This document shows positions 38,194-50,469 of a stretch of DNA of 64,000 nt, piece by piece (position 1 is the stretch's first letter; every line of letters begins with the position of its first letter). The translations under genes were made by a program, and so were the position numbers. Where the stretch lies: the NCBI GenBank assembly GCA_001643675.2, contig LSRY02000010.1, positions 1,426,001-1,490,000 of the forward strand, written 5' to 3'. Origin of the DNA: Monocercomonoides exilis PA203. Taxonomy: Eukaryota; Protista; Preaxostyla. The notes beneath the pieces are model-generated. The model did not search any database, had not been told where the DNA came from, and saw only the letters and a list, made by a program, of their open reading frames with translations.

Positions 38194-40761
38194 ATCTGGA
38201 AACTGAATTTGTGATGGAAATGCTGTTTGAGACGCGATGTGATTTTAATTTAACAGATTCCCTATTGAATCACTGAAACAACAATTTGGCTTCAATCGAG
38301 AGATGAGAATGCCCTTGATGGAAAATTAAACTTAAAGACCCGTCAATCGATTTTTCAAATCTAAATTTTAAACAAGGGTAATGTTTCTTTGATTTCAAAG
38401 TTATTGGCGTTATTACGATTGACAGAAGTGTGACAAATCAGGAATATATGTTGGTGACCACACAACATTGTTGGATAGAATACTGAAAAATGAACAGAAG
38501 CTGTGAAAGTTTAACAAGTGATAGAATCTGATGTATTTCTTTATTTGTTGATTCAGGAAAAATGTGCGGATTCATTATAAGGAGTTTTCAGAATGCAATT
38601 TGTTTCGTTGCATTGTTTAATGGACCCGAAGAACTTCTCACAGACTCAGAAAACTTTACACGAAGCGGAAACCTATAATTCATTTGCACACAAATACAAA
38701 CTGCATAAGGGAAATTGAACATGGAAGAGTTTCATAATTGCGGAATAAAGTTAATCTGCAAGTTCTCTCCTCAATTCATAATAAGAGATGAGAAAGCCAA
38801 TCGAATATTAAGAAACATCTTGATAGGTGCAAAAATAAGGTTTGTTGTGAGAACGAAGGAAAAGGCAATGAATTTTGTGCGGATGCGTGACAAGTTCAAT
38901 TAATATAGTGAAAGGAAGCACAACAATTGAATTGAGCAAGAATAAAATTGAATAAATTGAGAATGCAAAAAATGGATTATACAGTTGTGGCGAGACTTGA
39001 TTTTGTTACAATCAAGAAAACTCTAAGTTAAAAGTGATGAAATGAGAATTAAATATTGAGTGCAGAGGAGACGGAGTTTTTTTATTGAGAACAAGCAAGA
39101 TATATTCACTGGAGAAAGTTCAGCATTAGCTAAATTATGGATTCTAATTTTGATTTTGCTTAAATGGAATTAATTCTGTTTTTATTTCCTTAGACAAACA
39201 TAGCGAAATCGAATGGAACACCAACTGCTTTCAAAAATAAATTATCGGTCTGAAATAGGTTTCTAATTATTCTTTTTTCACATCGAGTGTTCAATGAATA
39301 AAAAATATTCATATCTCAATGGAGAGCTTTAATAAAATGGAGTGTTTTTTTTTAAAAAAAACAATCAGAAAACGAATGAACAACGTTTTAAAAATTCATT
39401 CTTTTGATAATTGACAAATTTCTTTTTTTTTATTCAATACAAAAAAGATATCTTGACGAATGAAATATTTTGTTCAAATTTATTTCTTTTTGAAATGCAA
39501 AACAATGTTATAGATAATGAAATAAAAGGAATAAATGAAATGTTTCAGTCACATGATTCATCAAGCATTTCATAAATAATTTTGTATTTGATAGATTATC
39601 AACGAGAAATGTAATATGTTCAGTTTTGAAATATGACTCAAAAAAACTGAACACTAGAAAAAACATGCATTTTAAAATTCTTCTTCTGTTCCATTTGATT
39701 TATTAAGGGAAAAAACCCTAAAGAAAATTTAATTCATAATAATCTTCAAAAATATACCTAACAAAAAAAAGAAGTGAGATTTATGAAATATAAATTTGTG
39801 ATGCACAAAGAAATCTCTGCTATTCTATTCTATGTGCACAGGTTTCGTATTTTGTGCGGGTTTTTTCCCTCACTATAAAAAGCGTTTTTTCGACATAAGA
39901 CTAACAGCTCAACCGAAGGATATCATGAAAATTCTTTGTGTTGCAGAAGCATAAACTTTGTCAAAAAGAATTTTGTGTAACTCCAAGATTACAAAAATTA
40001 TATATTTAAATAATTTATTGTCACGAAAATGAAAGTCTTGTATATCAAATGAGTTTGCATTGATGAGATATATTTTGAGGAAAATTATCAGAGTTATTCA
40101 TCTTGCATTTATTGAGAAACAGATCTTGAACGGTATTTTGTGCGACATCTACATTTGAAGAATGATATTTATTAATTCCAAAGTCTTCACCAGCGCCATG
40201 CGATCCAATATTTATGCCAATATGAATTCCAATTCCAACATTAATGCAATCACCAATTCTTATACTCACACAAACACTACATTGACTCCATATCGAGGAT
40301 GGTGATAAATGCAATAACAGTCATCGAAACAAACTTCAAAAATGACCAGAATGATCATCGAAGAAACAACTTCTAAATAAAATATTTATTTTTTTGTTTT
40401 GTCACACACACTTTCATCATTTCACCTGTGCACATTGATCTATTTTTCGAAAATATTATTATTTTTATAAATATTTCTTTTTATCAAATTATTTTTTTGT
40501 TGTTTCACGATTTTTTAATTTCTTTTCAAGGAGCTCACTTTCATTTTCGATCGAAATAGCTCTTGATCGTGCAACTTAAAAAGGAAAATTGTCATGAGGT
40601 TGTGATTTTTGCTTCTTTTTTTATTTTTTCCATCAAGAAGATACATTTTGATCTAAAGTCATCTGATATCCATATATATATATATATAATGATTAAATCA
40701 TCGCGAATTTAACAAAGGCCCATACTGGAAAACTTTGATATTTCTTATAGTTTTATTTCCA

Positions 40762-42659
40762 ATGTCTCTGGAAAGCCTGTTACAAAGATACTCTGCTTGC
40801 TTTCTTTTATGCAGTGCAGCAGATGCAATTGGATTTAAAAGGGGTGAATGGGAATTTAATAAGTTACCGTTTATTTTGGAACAGATCGAAAAGAAAGGGG
40901 GAATAGATGCCGTTTGAGTATTTTTGAAATGGCTACTTTATTTCAATTAGCATGCTCACGATTTTTAATTTGTAGATTTGTGTCGAACGTCCTGAATTCA
41001 TTCTCTCTGATGATTCAATACTTCATAATGCAACAGCAGAAGGAATGTCGATACAAGCAACAACAATGAAAGAAATGATAATTAATGTGTTTAAATCATA
41101 TTGCATTGCAATGGGTGATATGCACAATAGATCTCCAGGAACCACTACAAAGAAATATCTTTTTGTTGATAAGGTGTGCTTTCTTTGAAAAAATGTGAAG
41201 AAATGATGAGCATTTTATGTTAAGCCTGTTGAAGATTGGGATAAAGTTCCGTTTAGTCCGAATTCATGCGGTTGTGGAGGTTTCAAAACCTTTTAAATCA
41301 CTTTTTGTTTGAATGTATTTTTCTAAAGCTTCAATGCGTTCAATGTGTATCGGATTGAGATTTCCCCATCCAAATCAAGTCACAAATTTGGTAATAACTG
41401 GAGTTGAAACAGGAAGGTTATCTCATCATAATCCATGCGCATATCTTGCTTCTGTAATCGGAGGAGGATTCACAAGGTTTGTTGATCCAAAGAAAAAACA
41501 AAATTTTCAAAGAAGGAATGCTATTTCTCCATAAGAAATGAATCCAAAAATAAAAAATAATTTTTTTTTGAATTTTCAGTTTTATTTTTTAAAAAGCAAA
41601 AAATGAAAAGAACATTTTTTTTTGCTAAATTTCTTTTTTCTTATCTTTTCTTTTCTATTATTGTAAAAATTACGCGATAGCTATGCGCTTCAAGGTATTC
41701 CCGTTCAAATGTGGGGTGCAAAAGCTCGAGACGAACTGATTCCCCTCGCAAAAGCACATGTGTCTCTTCTTTCGCGTGAAAGCGCCGAGAATGTGAAAGC
41801 CTTTGAATACAGCGAACAAATGTGGGAAAGATACCTCAGAGAAAGAGGCATTGATGAGCCTGAAAATAGGAAAATGCCTGTTTTCCCATCTCCTTATGGA
41901 TTTTATGAAAGAGATAAATTTTATCAAGTGTGAACAAATGAAACATATCTTGTTTTTGTGAATCTGCAAAATTACCGTTTGAAGATGTTAAGTCGATGTA
42001 TTTGATTGCTATTATCAATTTATTTACTGTTTTACGATTTATGATTAATGCTTTATAATTATTATAATTTTAATTATTATTATGATGCAACTTATTAACA
42101 TTATTTGTTTTCAATGACAGCAATTTACAGGATCCAGAAATCCCGGAATTATTGGCATGCATTCCGTGATCATCGCATACGATGCTATTCTTGGGGTAAT
42201 GAACATGTCGCCTGCTGAAAGGTGTGATATTCAAATTTCATTGTCTGAATTAACCGAATAAAATTTGAATGCAAATAAATAAAAAATTTTTTTACCAATT
42301 TTTTTCTGACGTTTTCTCAAAAATTGGCAAATGGCGTTGTGCGGCTATAGATGGAAAGGGATTCTTGAGAGAGCTGCGATTCACTCTGGAGATAACGATT
42401 CCACAGGAGCCATCGCTTGCGGGTGGTATGAAAATAATGCGAATATTATTATTATTATTATTATTATTCACACAAAATAATCCATCTTTTTTTGTGCAAT
42501 AGGTTTGGTGCGTTGTATGGACTTGAAGATGTCAATCCAAAACACTATCAGAATATCGAGTATCGAGAGAGGATGGAAGATCTTGCCCGCCGCTTATTCC
42601 AAATCGCACACAGCGAAACGGATCCCCTTCGGCTCCCAGCAGCTGTTGGGCAATTGTAA
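40762..42659 (+). CDS. ADPRH: ADP-ribosylarginine hydrolase (ARH1/ADPRH-like), 8 exons
   Basis: Spliced translation gives SAADAIGF..GEWEF, LSDDSILHNATAE, RSPG, CGCGASMRSMCIGLRFPH, GRLSHHNP, IAYDAIL and HSGDNDSTGAIACGWFGALYG, collinear with ARH1. Seven GT-AG introns; TAA at 42657-42659. Confidence 0.9.
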
Positions 42660-43711
42660 TATTAGCTTTTTTATTCCTTATGGATTATTTTTAATTTTTT
42701 TCACAATTAATTCATTTGCTTTAATTGAATGATTGTATTTTTGATTGTTGTTTCGTTTTTTCTTGAGCAATTTATTTTTTTTTTAAATGGAAATCCTGTA
42801 ATATTGTTTTTAAACCTCGGAAAACCAATAACCTCGATTATTAATGAAGATTATTTTTTTTTGCTTAACATGAATTTTATGAAATAGAAAATTGGTTATA
42901 TTTTTATGAATATTAAAATACAATGAATATCTCATTTCATTGGATAAATATGATTTTTCTTTCTTTCTTTCTTTCTCTCTATCTTTTTTGGAAGAATAGA
43001 TTTCTATGCAATATCTTGACTTGAAATATCCTTTTACTTTTAAAGATAAAAAAAGATGCATATATGAAGCACATATTAAGAAAACTTGAATAATATGTTA
43101 AAAAATAATGTCCACAAACTGTTTCACAAACCTCCCTTTCTTTCAAAATCGATAAAGATTATGAACGGTTATGATTTCTTTATCCTTTCTCTTTTTCACC
43201 TTGTTTCATTCAAAAATACTATTCTTCTTTCTTATCCGTTGGTTCAAACAATGCAGTCTCTTTTTTGAATTTTCTGTCAGTGCTTTTCTATAGATATATG
43301 TCAATGGAGATGCCACTTAAGTGATGCGGACGAATGAATTGAAGAGGAAGAGATGCACAATTAAAAAAAAGAAAGAAAGAAAAGAATAGAATAGAAAAGA
43401 AAAGAAAAAGAAAAGAAAAAGAAAAATGATTCATCCGAAGGTTTGGAGGAAAGAATGTTGGAGTTGCCTTTTTGTGTTCATTGGAGTCAGATACAGATGT
43501 TCATGATTAGCTTTATGGAACGAGTGAATTATGCGCAAAAGACCGGAATCAATTTGTAGAAGTATAAATACAGCAGACCGAAAGATGAAGAAGCATATTT
43601 CCATATCTTATTAATGAATAATGCAATTGAGACTGAGACTATTGAGATGAAATTGAAGAGATTTAGTCTGTTCTTATGCGAGTTGCTATAAAGATGGAAG
43701 ATGATGAGGAA

Positions 43712-43715
<4 letters not shown>

Positions 43716-43782
<67 letters not shown>

Positions 43783-43820
43783 GTGAGTGAGTGAGTGAGT
43801 GAGAGTGAGTGAGTGAGTGC
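43716..43820. repeat. (GA)n then (GAGT)n microsatellite
   Basis: Directly visible. Confidence 0.95.
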
Positions 43821-44847
43821 GAGTGTGCATGTGGATAGCAAATCTCGTTTGCAAATAACTTTTTGTTGGGACGTTGCACGAAATTGAAACCGTTTATCTT
43901 CATTTCACTTATTTCAATAGGATGATGAAAAATCATTCTTCACATTTTAAAATTTCACATAAATTGGCACATCTTTCAATTGCAAAAGGAAAAATGAAGT
44001 TTAATGGAAATGCCTTTCAGCTCCAATCCAATTGTTTTCATATCTTCCTGACCTTTTTTGTGATTAATATCCTTCCATTGATATTGCCATTTGATTTCCT
44101 TTTCCAAAAATATCACAAAATACTCCTCCTGCCTTATGTTCCTAAATTCTATATAATTTTGTGCAGATTTTGTCCTTCATAGAATTCCATCCATAAATCT
44201 TCATTCAGTAAAATATCAGTTGAATTTGTTTTCACCTCTTGCCCCAAATAAAATTTTATGAAAATCATGTATCTTCCGTAACTTCATTTACTTCATAATG
44301 GCCATATAATAACCTGCTTCATTCCCATCGAATTGCTCTCCAAAGCGGAGATTGGCCATTTCAACAATAAGTCGGATTCCTGGGCTTTGGAAAGGATACA
44401 GACAGAAACATCTTATCAGTCAATAGAACAATAATAATAACATACGCACGATTATTTTTATTTAAAAGTGAAATCGTTGTATTCCATCGTTCAATAAATC
44501 TCCAAATATTTTCAGAAAAAAATACAAAATCAAAACATTTTTCCATAAATTATTGTTTCTGTAGGAAATATAATATCTTGTTCTTCAGGTAATGTTCAAT
44601 TATGGAATTCTTTATCTATGACGATTATTCCTGTTCAAATAAAATTTAATGATCACTGAAACCGTAACAAATAAAGAAAAAATAAAGCGTTGATTTTCTC
44701 TACAGTTGCTTGTCAAAAATGTCAACAAAAGCAAAAACAGTGTGAACGCATATACTTTTACGACTGTTTCGAGTTTTTACACATTTATTTCTTCTTTCCA
44801 AACATATGCGAATTTAATGTGACTTTCAAAATGGTATTGTTTTCTGA

Positions 44848-46397
44848 ATGCAATGTGTTTTGAAAATACAGGAGAAGGGTGACGCAAAACAATTTTCAGG
44901 TTTGCATTCATAGTTGTATTTGAATTATTGACAATCACTTTTTTCATTATATTTTTGAAGAATTACTTCATGAACTGGAAAATTGCTCTGTTGAAGAACA
45001 AAAGCTGAAAATCATTGAAATGAACCAATCATTGGAAGAAATGGATGCAAATGAAATCGATTCTATTTTGACAGAAAAACTGTATAACGACGTGGATAAA
45101 ATGATGAAGGAAGAGAAACTGTCAATAGAAAATGCAATTTACCTGTTGAAACATATTGGATATTGCAAATTTTTGAAAAAAATGTATAGCATTCTCTTTG
45201 ATAATTCTTTGCTCTGTGAAAGATTGAAAAAGATAATGATTGAGGAATATGAAAAGAAAGGAAATGAAAAAAATGAACAACTGTTGATTGATCTTTGTGA
45301 AAGCTATCTATTTCTTGGATGTTCCTTATCATCTGAGTCACTTTCGATTTGCATTTCTTGCCTTCTAAAAGTTGCCTTAAATCAGAAGAAAGATGAGGAT
45401 GCACAAATAAAAGTGGAAATGGCTTTGTTGGCTTTGAGTAACATTTATTTAAGGATTGTGTGATTACTGGTAATATTTTCGTTTATTTGTAATGTCTTAT
45501 CTTTCTTTCTCATCTTTATTTTATTTAAATTTCGTTTATTTAATTTTATTTGATTTTTTGAGTGTATTTTTCTTTTTCATGTTTTTCGCCTTATTCATAT
45601 TTTTGTGTGTGTATATGTATTTCGATAAGGACGCGAAAACTGAACTTTACGTGAATAGCATTGAAAAAATTATCAAACATCATCAGGAGTACTGCAATCT
45701 GACACGACTGGCATATCAGTCCACTTGGAAGTTTTTGATAAATCAGTTTTTCTGCATTCGACGCTTGGAAGATGTCATTGTGAATGAACTGCATTTTGCA
45801 AGAGAGGCAAGAAGAGAATTGAAAGAGCTATCGAATTGTGTGAATTGGAAGAGAAAAGAAGAGGAGGAGGGAAAAACAAGAATAGAAGCGAAAGAAATCA
45901 TGATTATAAAAAGATGGCTTGATGAGCTTGAGGCTTATTTTCGCTCATGCAAATTGTGGAATGAAGAATTTGTTGGGCTTCTTGGAAGCATTGTGGAGAT
46001 ATTCCGAGAGGCAAGAGATAATCACAAGGTTGTAAGCTGCAACTGCATTGAATCTTTAGAAAGTATTACCGAAAATAGAGATGTTAATGTTTGTTGTCTG
46101 TTAGAAAGCGGAGCAGTCGATGTAGTTATGGAGGAACTAGTTCAATTAAATATTGAAAACTTACGAATTTCGTATTGTTTAGGCTTTTGCAGTTCAATTT
46201 GTGGAAGATTGAATATCAATAAAGGAAAAAAGAAAGATATAGCAGAGCAAAAAGAATTGAAAAAAAAATTGTTTGAAAAAATGGAGGAGCAAGGATATGA
46301 AGATTTAATCTTCGTGTTATGTAACTGCATCGTTGTCAAAAGAACTCGAAATTACTTTTTAATCACCAACTTTAAAGATTATTTTATTTATTACTGA
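44848..46397 (+). CDS. KMEEEGYED-family alpha-helical protein, copy 4 (3 exons, apparently intact)
   Basis: Exon 1 MQCVLKIQEKGDAKQFS; introns at about 44900-44960 and 45458-45629. All family motifs are in frame (LLIDLCESYL, CLLKVAL, NLTRLAYQSTW, EKMEEQGYED). Confidence 0.8.
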
Positions 46398-46707
46398 ATC
46401 ACATGCTTTTGAATTAACTTTTTTAAAAGTCATATCAACTTCATTCTGCTTTGGAACAGTCATTTCCCCAATGTCCGAATATATATTTTTGGTGTAAATT
46501 TTATTTGTACATAATTTTAAATAAGAACAGTGAAAACATAAAACAAAAAACAAAAAACAAAAAACAAAAAATAAGAAATAAACATATAAATAAAAACCAC
46601 CACAGAGAATAACCAGATTGTCCGGCAATGCTAATGAACGTAATGAGTGAATGTCGAATGTTGAGCAAAGATGGATGAATTGACAAAACATATTATTTAC
46701 CAGATCG

Positions 46708-49372
46708 ATGAATTCTTCAGTTAATATTAACGATACAACAAATGAGATGATGTTCAAAAGATCGGTTGCCATGGTTGAAATTGATGGAGACATGATGTCC
46801 AGCAGCTCGTCGGATGAGTATTGCGATCTTGTGGATGTGAAAAGTGTGCATTTTTTGATTTTTGCTGTTTTGCGGTTAATGGAAGGTTTGCGTTGAATGC
46901 TGGTGGTGCAGATATGCCGATAGAAATATGGAAGCAGTGTGAAATTTTTAGTTGGGTTTTGATGTATTTTTGAAAATTTGGCAGAATTTTGAAAAAATGC
47001 GACACAAGAACGAAAATGAATCTGATGGGGACGTCAAAGTTTTTCCGAAAGATGCTGGATACGGACGAGTATGACATGCATTTTATTTTTTTCATGTGCA
47101 ATTTGACGGGATTTGGCTGGATGCAGGCACTGGCATGAGATTGTGGTTGAGGAGCTGCCGCGGCTGAGAGACAACATCTACATGAGCCAGGATGAGTTCC
47201 AGGATCTGGACACGTACGATCCAAACAATGGAGATGTGTGTATTTTGCGCTGTGCCGGAGCAGACACAGCGAGTGACTCTCTTTTTGATGGGCTTTTTAA
47301 CGTTTTTGTTGATTTGTTGATTTGTATTTTGCTTTGCTCTGCGTTCAGGATGTTGCGGACAAAACCCGGTTTGGTCTGAGTCCGAAAGGATGGAAGGACA
47401 CTATTCGGTTGTACGGGTCTTTTCCAGAAGTGCTGTTTGGGAAAAGAAAAAGTTTATGGAGGGATGTGCACGATCTGAAAAGCACAATCGAACATCCGTG
47501 GATGAGTTTTATTCTGTTCACAATTGCGTGGATATCGCTGATGCTGTTTCTTTTCTTCTTTTTCTTTGCCGTCTTCTACGCAACGAATTTTATCCGGGAG
47601 CCAGTTTTCGACAGGCTGGCTGATGATGAGCATGCGCAGAATCTTTTGACGAACAAAGTCACCAGATCGGTCTTTTCGTTCAGCCTCTCTCGGTCAAAGG
47701 GCCAGTTCACCGTTGCACTGGTGATGCTGACATTGTTTTTCTTTTTCTTTACTCTGTATTTGGTAAAGCGAAAGAAATTTTGTATATCATTTGGAATGAA
47801 CACTGTGGTGTCAGGATGCTTTATTGTGTTGTTTGCCTTAATGTGCGTGGATCTCGACAGTTTTGTGAATGGAGATGAACACACTTTCAATATTCGCAAT
47901 CGCTTGGTTGATGGGCCAGTGACGAAACCGTATCCTCAAAGGATCATCAAGGAAAGTGGCGCTGGCTGCGACGTGCTTATCGGAGAACCAGTAGCCACAG
48001 AAGATGACACACAAAATAACACTGAAGACGAGCAATCGACAACAAGCTCAAAAACCATTTTATTATCTCTTTTATTAAATTTTTTCCTCTTCTTTGGAGG
48101 AATGCTCGCGGGGCTTGTTGAATACAATTCCTGGCTGAGACTTCCAGAGAGGATGAGTATCACTTTTATCACATTTTTTCTTACTATGTCCGGGCTTATT
48201 TCCACATGGGTGTTATTTTCTTTGAAGATGTGCTGTATGCAAAGTTTTTAAGGAGAGCGAGCGAGTGTGTGTGTGCGTGTGAATTGAAAGAGAAACAAGA
48301 CATTTCATTTTTATTTATTTGTTGTATCTGTTTTGCACAAAAATTTTTATTCTATTCATTTTATTCATTTATTTTATTTATTTTATTTATTTTATTTATT
48401 CCGTCCTAACTGTGTGCATTTGAATGCATGTGATTGGAATGATTGTGGTGCGTTGGCGGCCAAACAGACAACATTACGAGTTCGTGGACAATAACATTCA
48501 TTCCGTTGTTCCTGACAATCATCCCGATCCATATTCTTGCTTTCAACATGAAGCTGTCAAAAGTTTATGATTTCGATACAGTGTGCAGTAAGTGTGTGCA
48601 GTACTGCGGGATTGTGCTTGGATCAGCTATTGGGATTGTCATTGTGCTTATTCCGTCGCTGTGTTTGGATGGGGTTGGGAAGTTTGACCCGCTCACTTCG
48701 AGTGGAGAGGCATGGGAAGGCGCAGAGCGGTTCATGTCAGCGGTGGTTGTGACAGACGAGCTGATTGAGCGGGCGCACAAAATGGAAAGAAACATGATGC
48801 TTTCACTGGTCCCGATGCTGGTGTGGCTGTTTGTTGAATATGTGGTGTTTTGTGTGGTGCTGTATCTGGTGAAAGGGGATGTGAAGTGGATTGAGCGAAG
48901 GCTGGATTTGAAGAAAGGGCTGTTTGCATGGCAGACATTAGCTCCGAGCAAGAGGAGCAGAGAAATGCAGGAAATACGGGCAGAGGAGTGGAAAAGGAGA
49001 AAGGCAGAAAAAAATAGAAAAAAGCAGGAAGAACAGGAAAGAAAAGAGAAGGAAGAGGCGAAGGAGAAGCGAGAAAAAGAGAAAGATCAGAGGCTGATAG
49101 AGGTGACGCAAAGGGGGCTGAGTATTGAAGAGCTGAGTAAAGCGATTGATGAGATCAACAAGTATTACGATGAGGAGGATCGAAAAGAGGAAGAGGCAGA
49201 GGAAGCCGAAAAGAAAAGAGCGGAGGAGGAAGCAAAGAAGAAGAAGGAAGAAGAAGAAAACGCGAAAGAGAACGAGAATCAAAGCATTTTTGATGAACCA
49301 CCCACCAATCATGATATTCATGAACTTTGGGAAAAGATACTGCGGAAGAGTTCGTTTTCGTGGCTGGTCTGA
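46708..49372 (+). CDS. F-box-containing multi-pass membrane protein (about 6 exons)
   Basis: Splicing three short introns gives MPIEIWKQILKKCDTRTKMNLMGTSKFFRKMLDTDEHW (F-box pattern). About 8 hydrophobic segments follow in 47350-48870, then an E/K-rich coiled-coil tail. Confidence 0.7.
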
Positions 49373-49430
49373 GCAGCATGTGGAAAAGTGAATGACAGAC
49401 AAATAACATACAAACTTTTGTGTTAGGCTC

Positions 49431-49548
49431 TTTGATTTGATTTTTGATTTTTGATTTTTGATTTTTGATTTTTGATTTTTGATTTTTGATTTTTGATTTT
49501 TGATTTTTGATTTTTGATTTTTGATTTTTGATTTTTGATTTTTGATTT
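49431..49548. repeat. (TTTTGA)n tandem repeat
   Basis: About 19 hexamer units just downstream of the 49372 stop. Confidence 0.95.
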
Positions 49549-50469
49549 TATTTTTATTTGTATTTGTATTTTTATTTTATTTTTATTTTATTTTATTAGT
49601 GTTTCAATTTTGTGATTTGAATTGCAGTTACAATTCTTTTGATGTAATTGTTGTTATTTATGGCTGTGTTTTTGTTGACTAGTTTTTGAAGCAGATTTTA
49701 TTTTCATTTTAATTCGTTATCTATTTTCTTTTTCATATTTTGTGAATTTTGGATTTGTTATTGAAGTTTTTTTTCCAAATCCGTTTAACGTGGAGAAGTT
49801 TGACTTATCAGTATCAAAAATCAATCAAAAAGTGTAAAGTTTCTTTCATCCTGAAATTTTAACATTTGCAACTTCTCGTTAAAAGAACTCTTATGGATTT
49901 TTTTAAATCAAAAGTTGATAAAGTGATTCTTTCACAAAAATTTGGGGAAGTTTTTCAAATTAAACAAACAAAAAAATAGCAACTCAAAATATTCGACTTT
50001 CAACAATTTGTTTTCCAATGGCGATATAAACCTTCTCTTTCAGAAAGTTTCAAGTCATTAGCCAACGTGCATTTCAAAACTGAACAGGTGATCAAATGAC
50101 TCAAATTTAGTCATATTCACAAAAAAAAATAAAAAGAGAGATATCAATTTCAACATCGAACTTTAAAAAAAAACAAAAAAGATTAAACATAAAAACAAAA
50201 CTGAGTCTGAAGAGACAAACAACCACTTTTGAGGAAGAAGCAATTGAAGTGGACAAGTTGAAGGTAAACAAGAAATAATACAAAAGAAATCAGGTTCCAA
50301 AGAAACTCGAAGATATTACACACAAAGAAATCAAACAGAAAGTTCAAACAAACAAAAAAGAAAAAGAAAATTCAATAATTTTTTCAGTAAAAAACAAAGG
50401 TTTTACATCTTTTTTTAAAAAAATTCAAAACAAACATGTTCATTAAATGAATTGCCACTCAATAGAGCA

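Noticed and set aside
49431-49548. TTTTGA array as a telomeric or CRISPR-like repeat
   Set aside because: It is a simple hexamer microsatellite without spacers or a G-rich telomeric unit.
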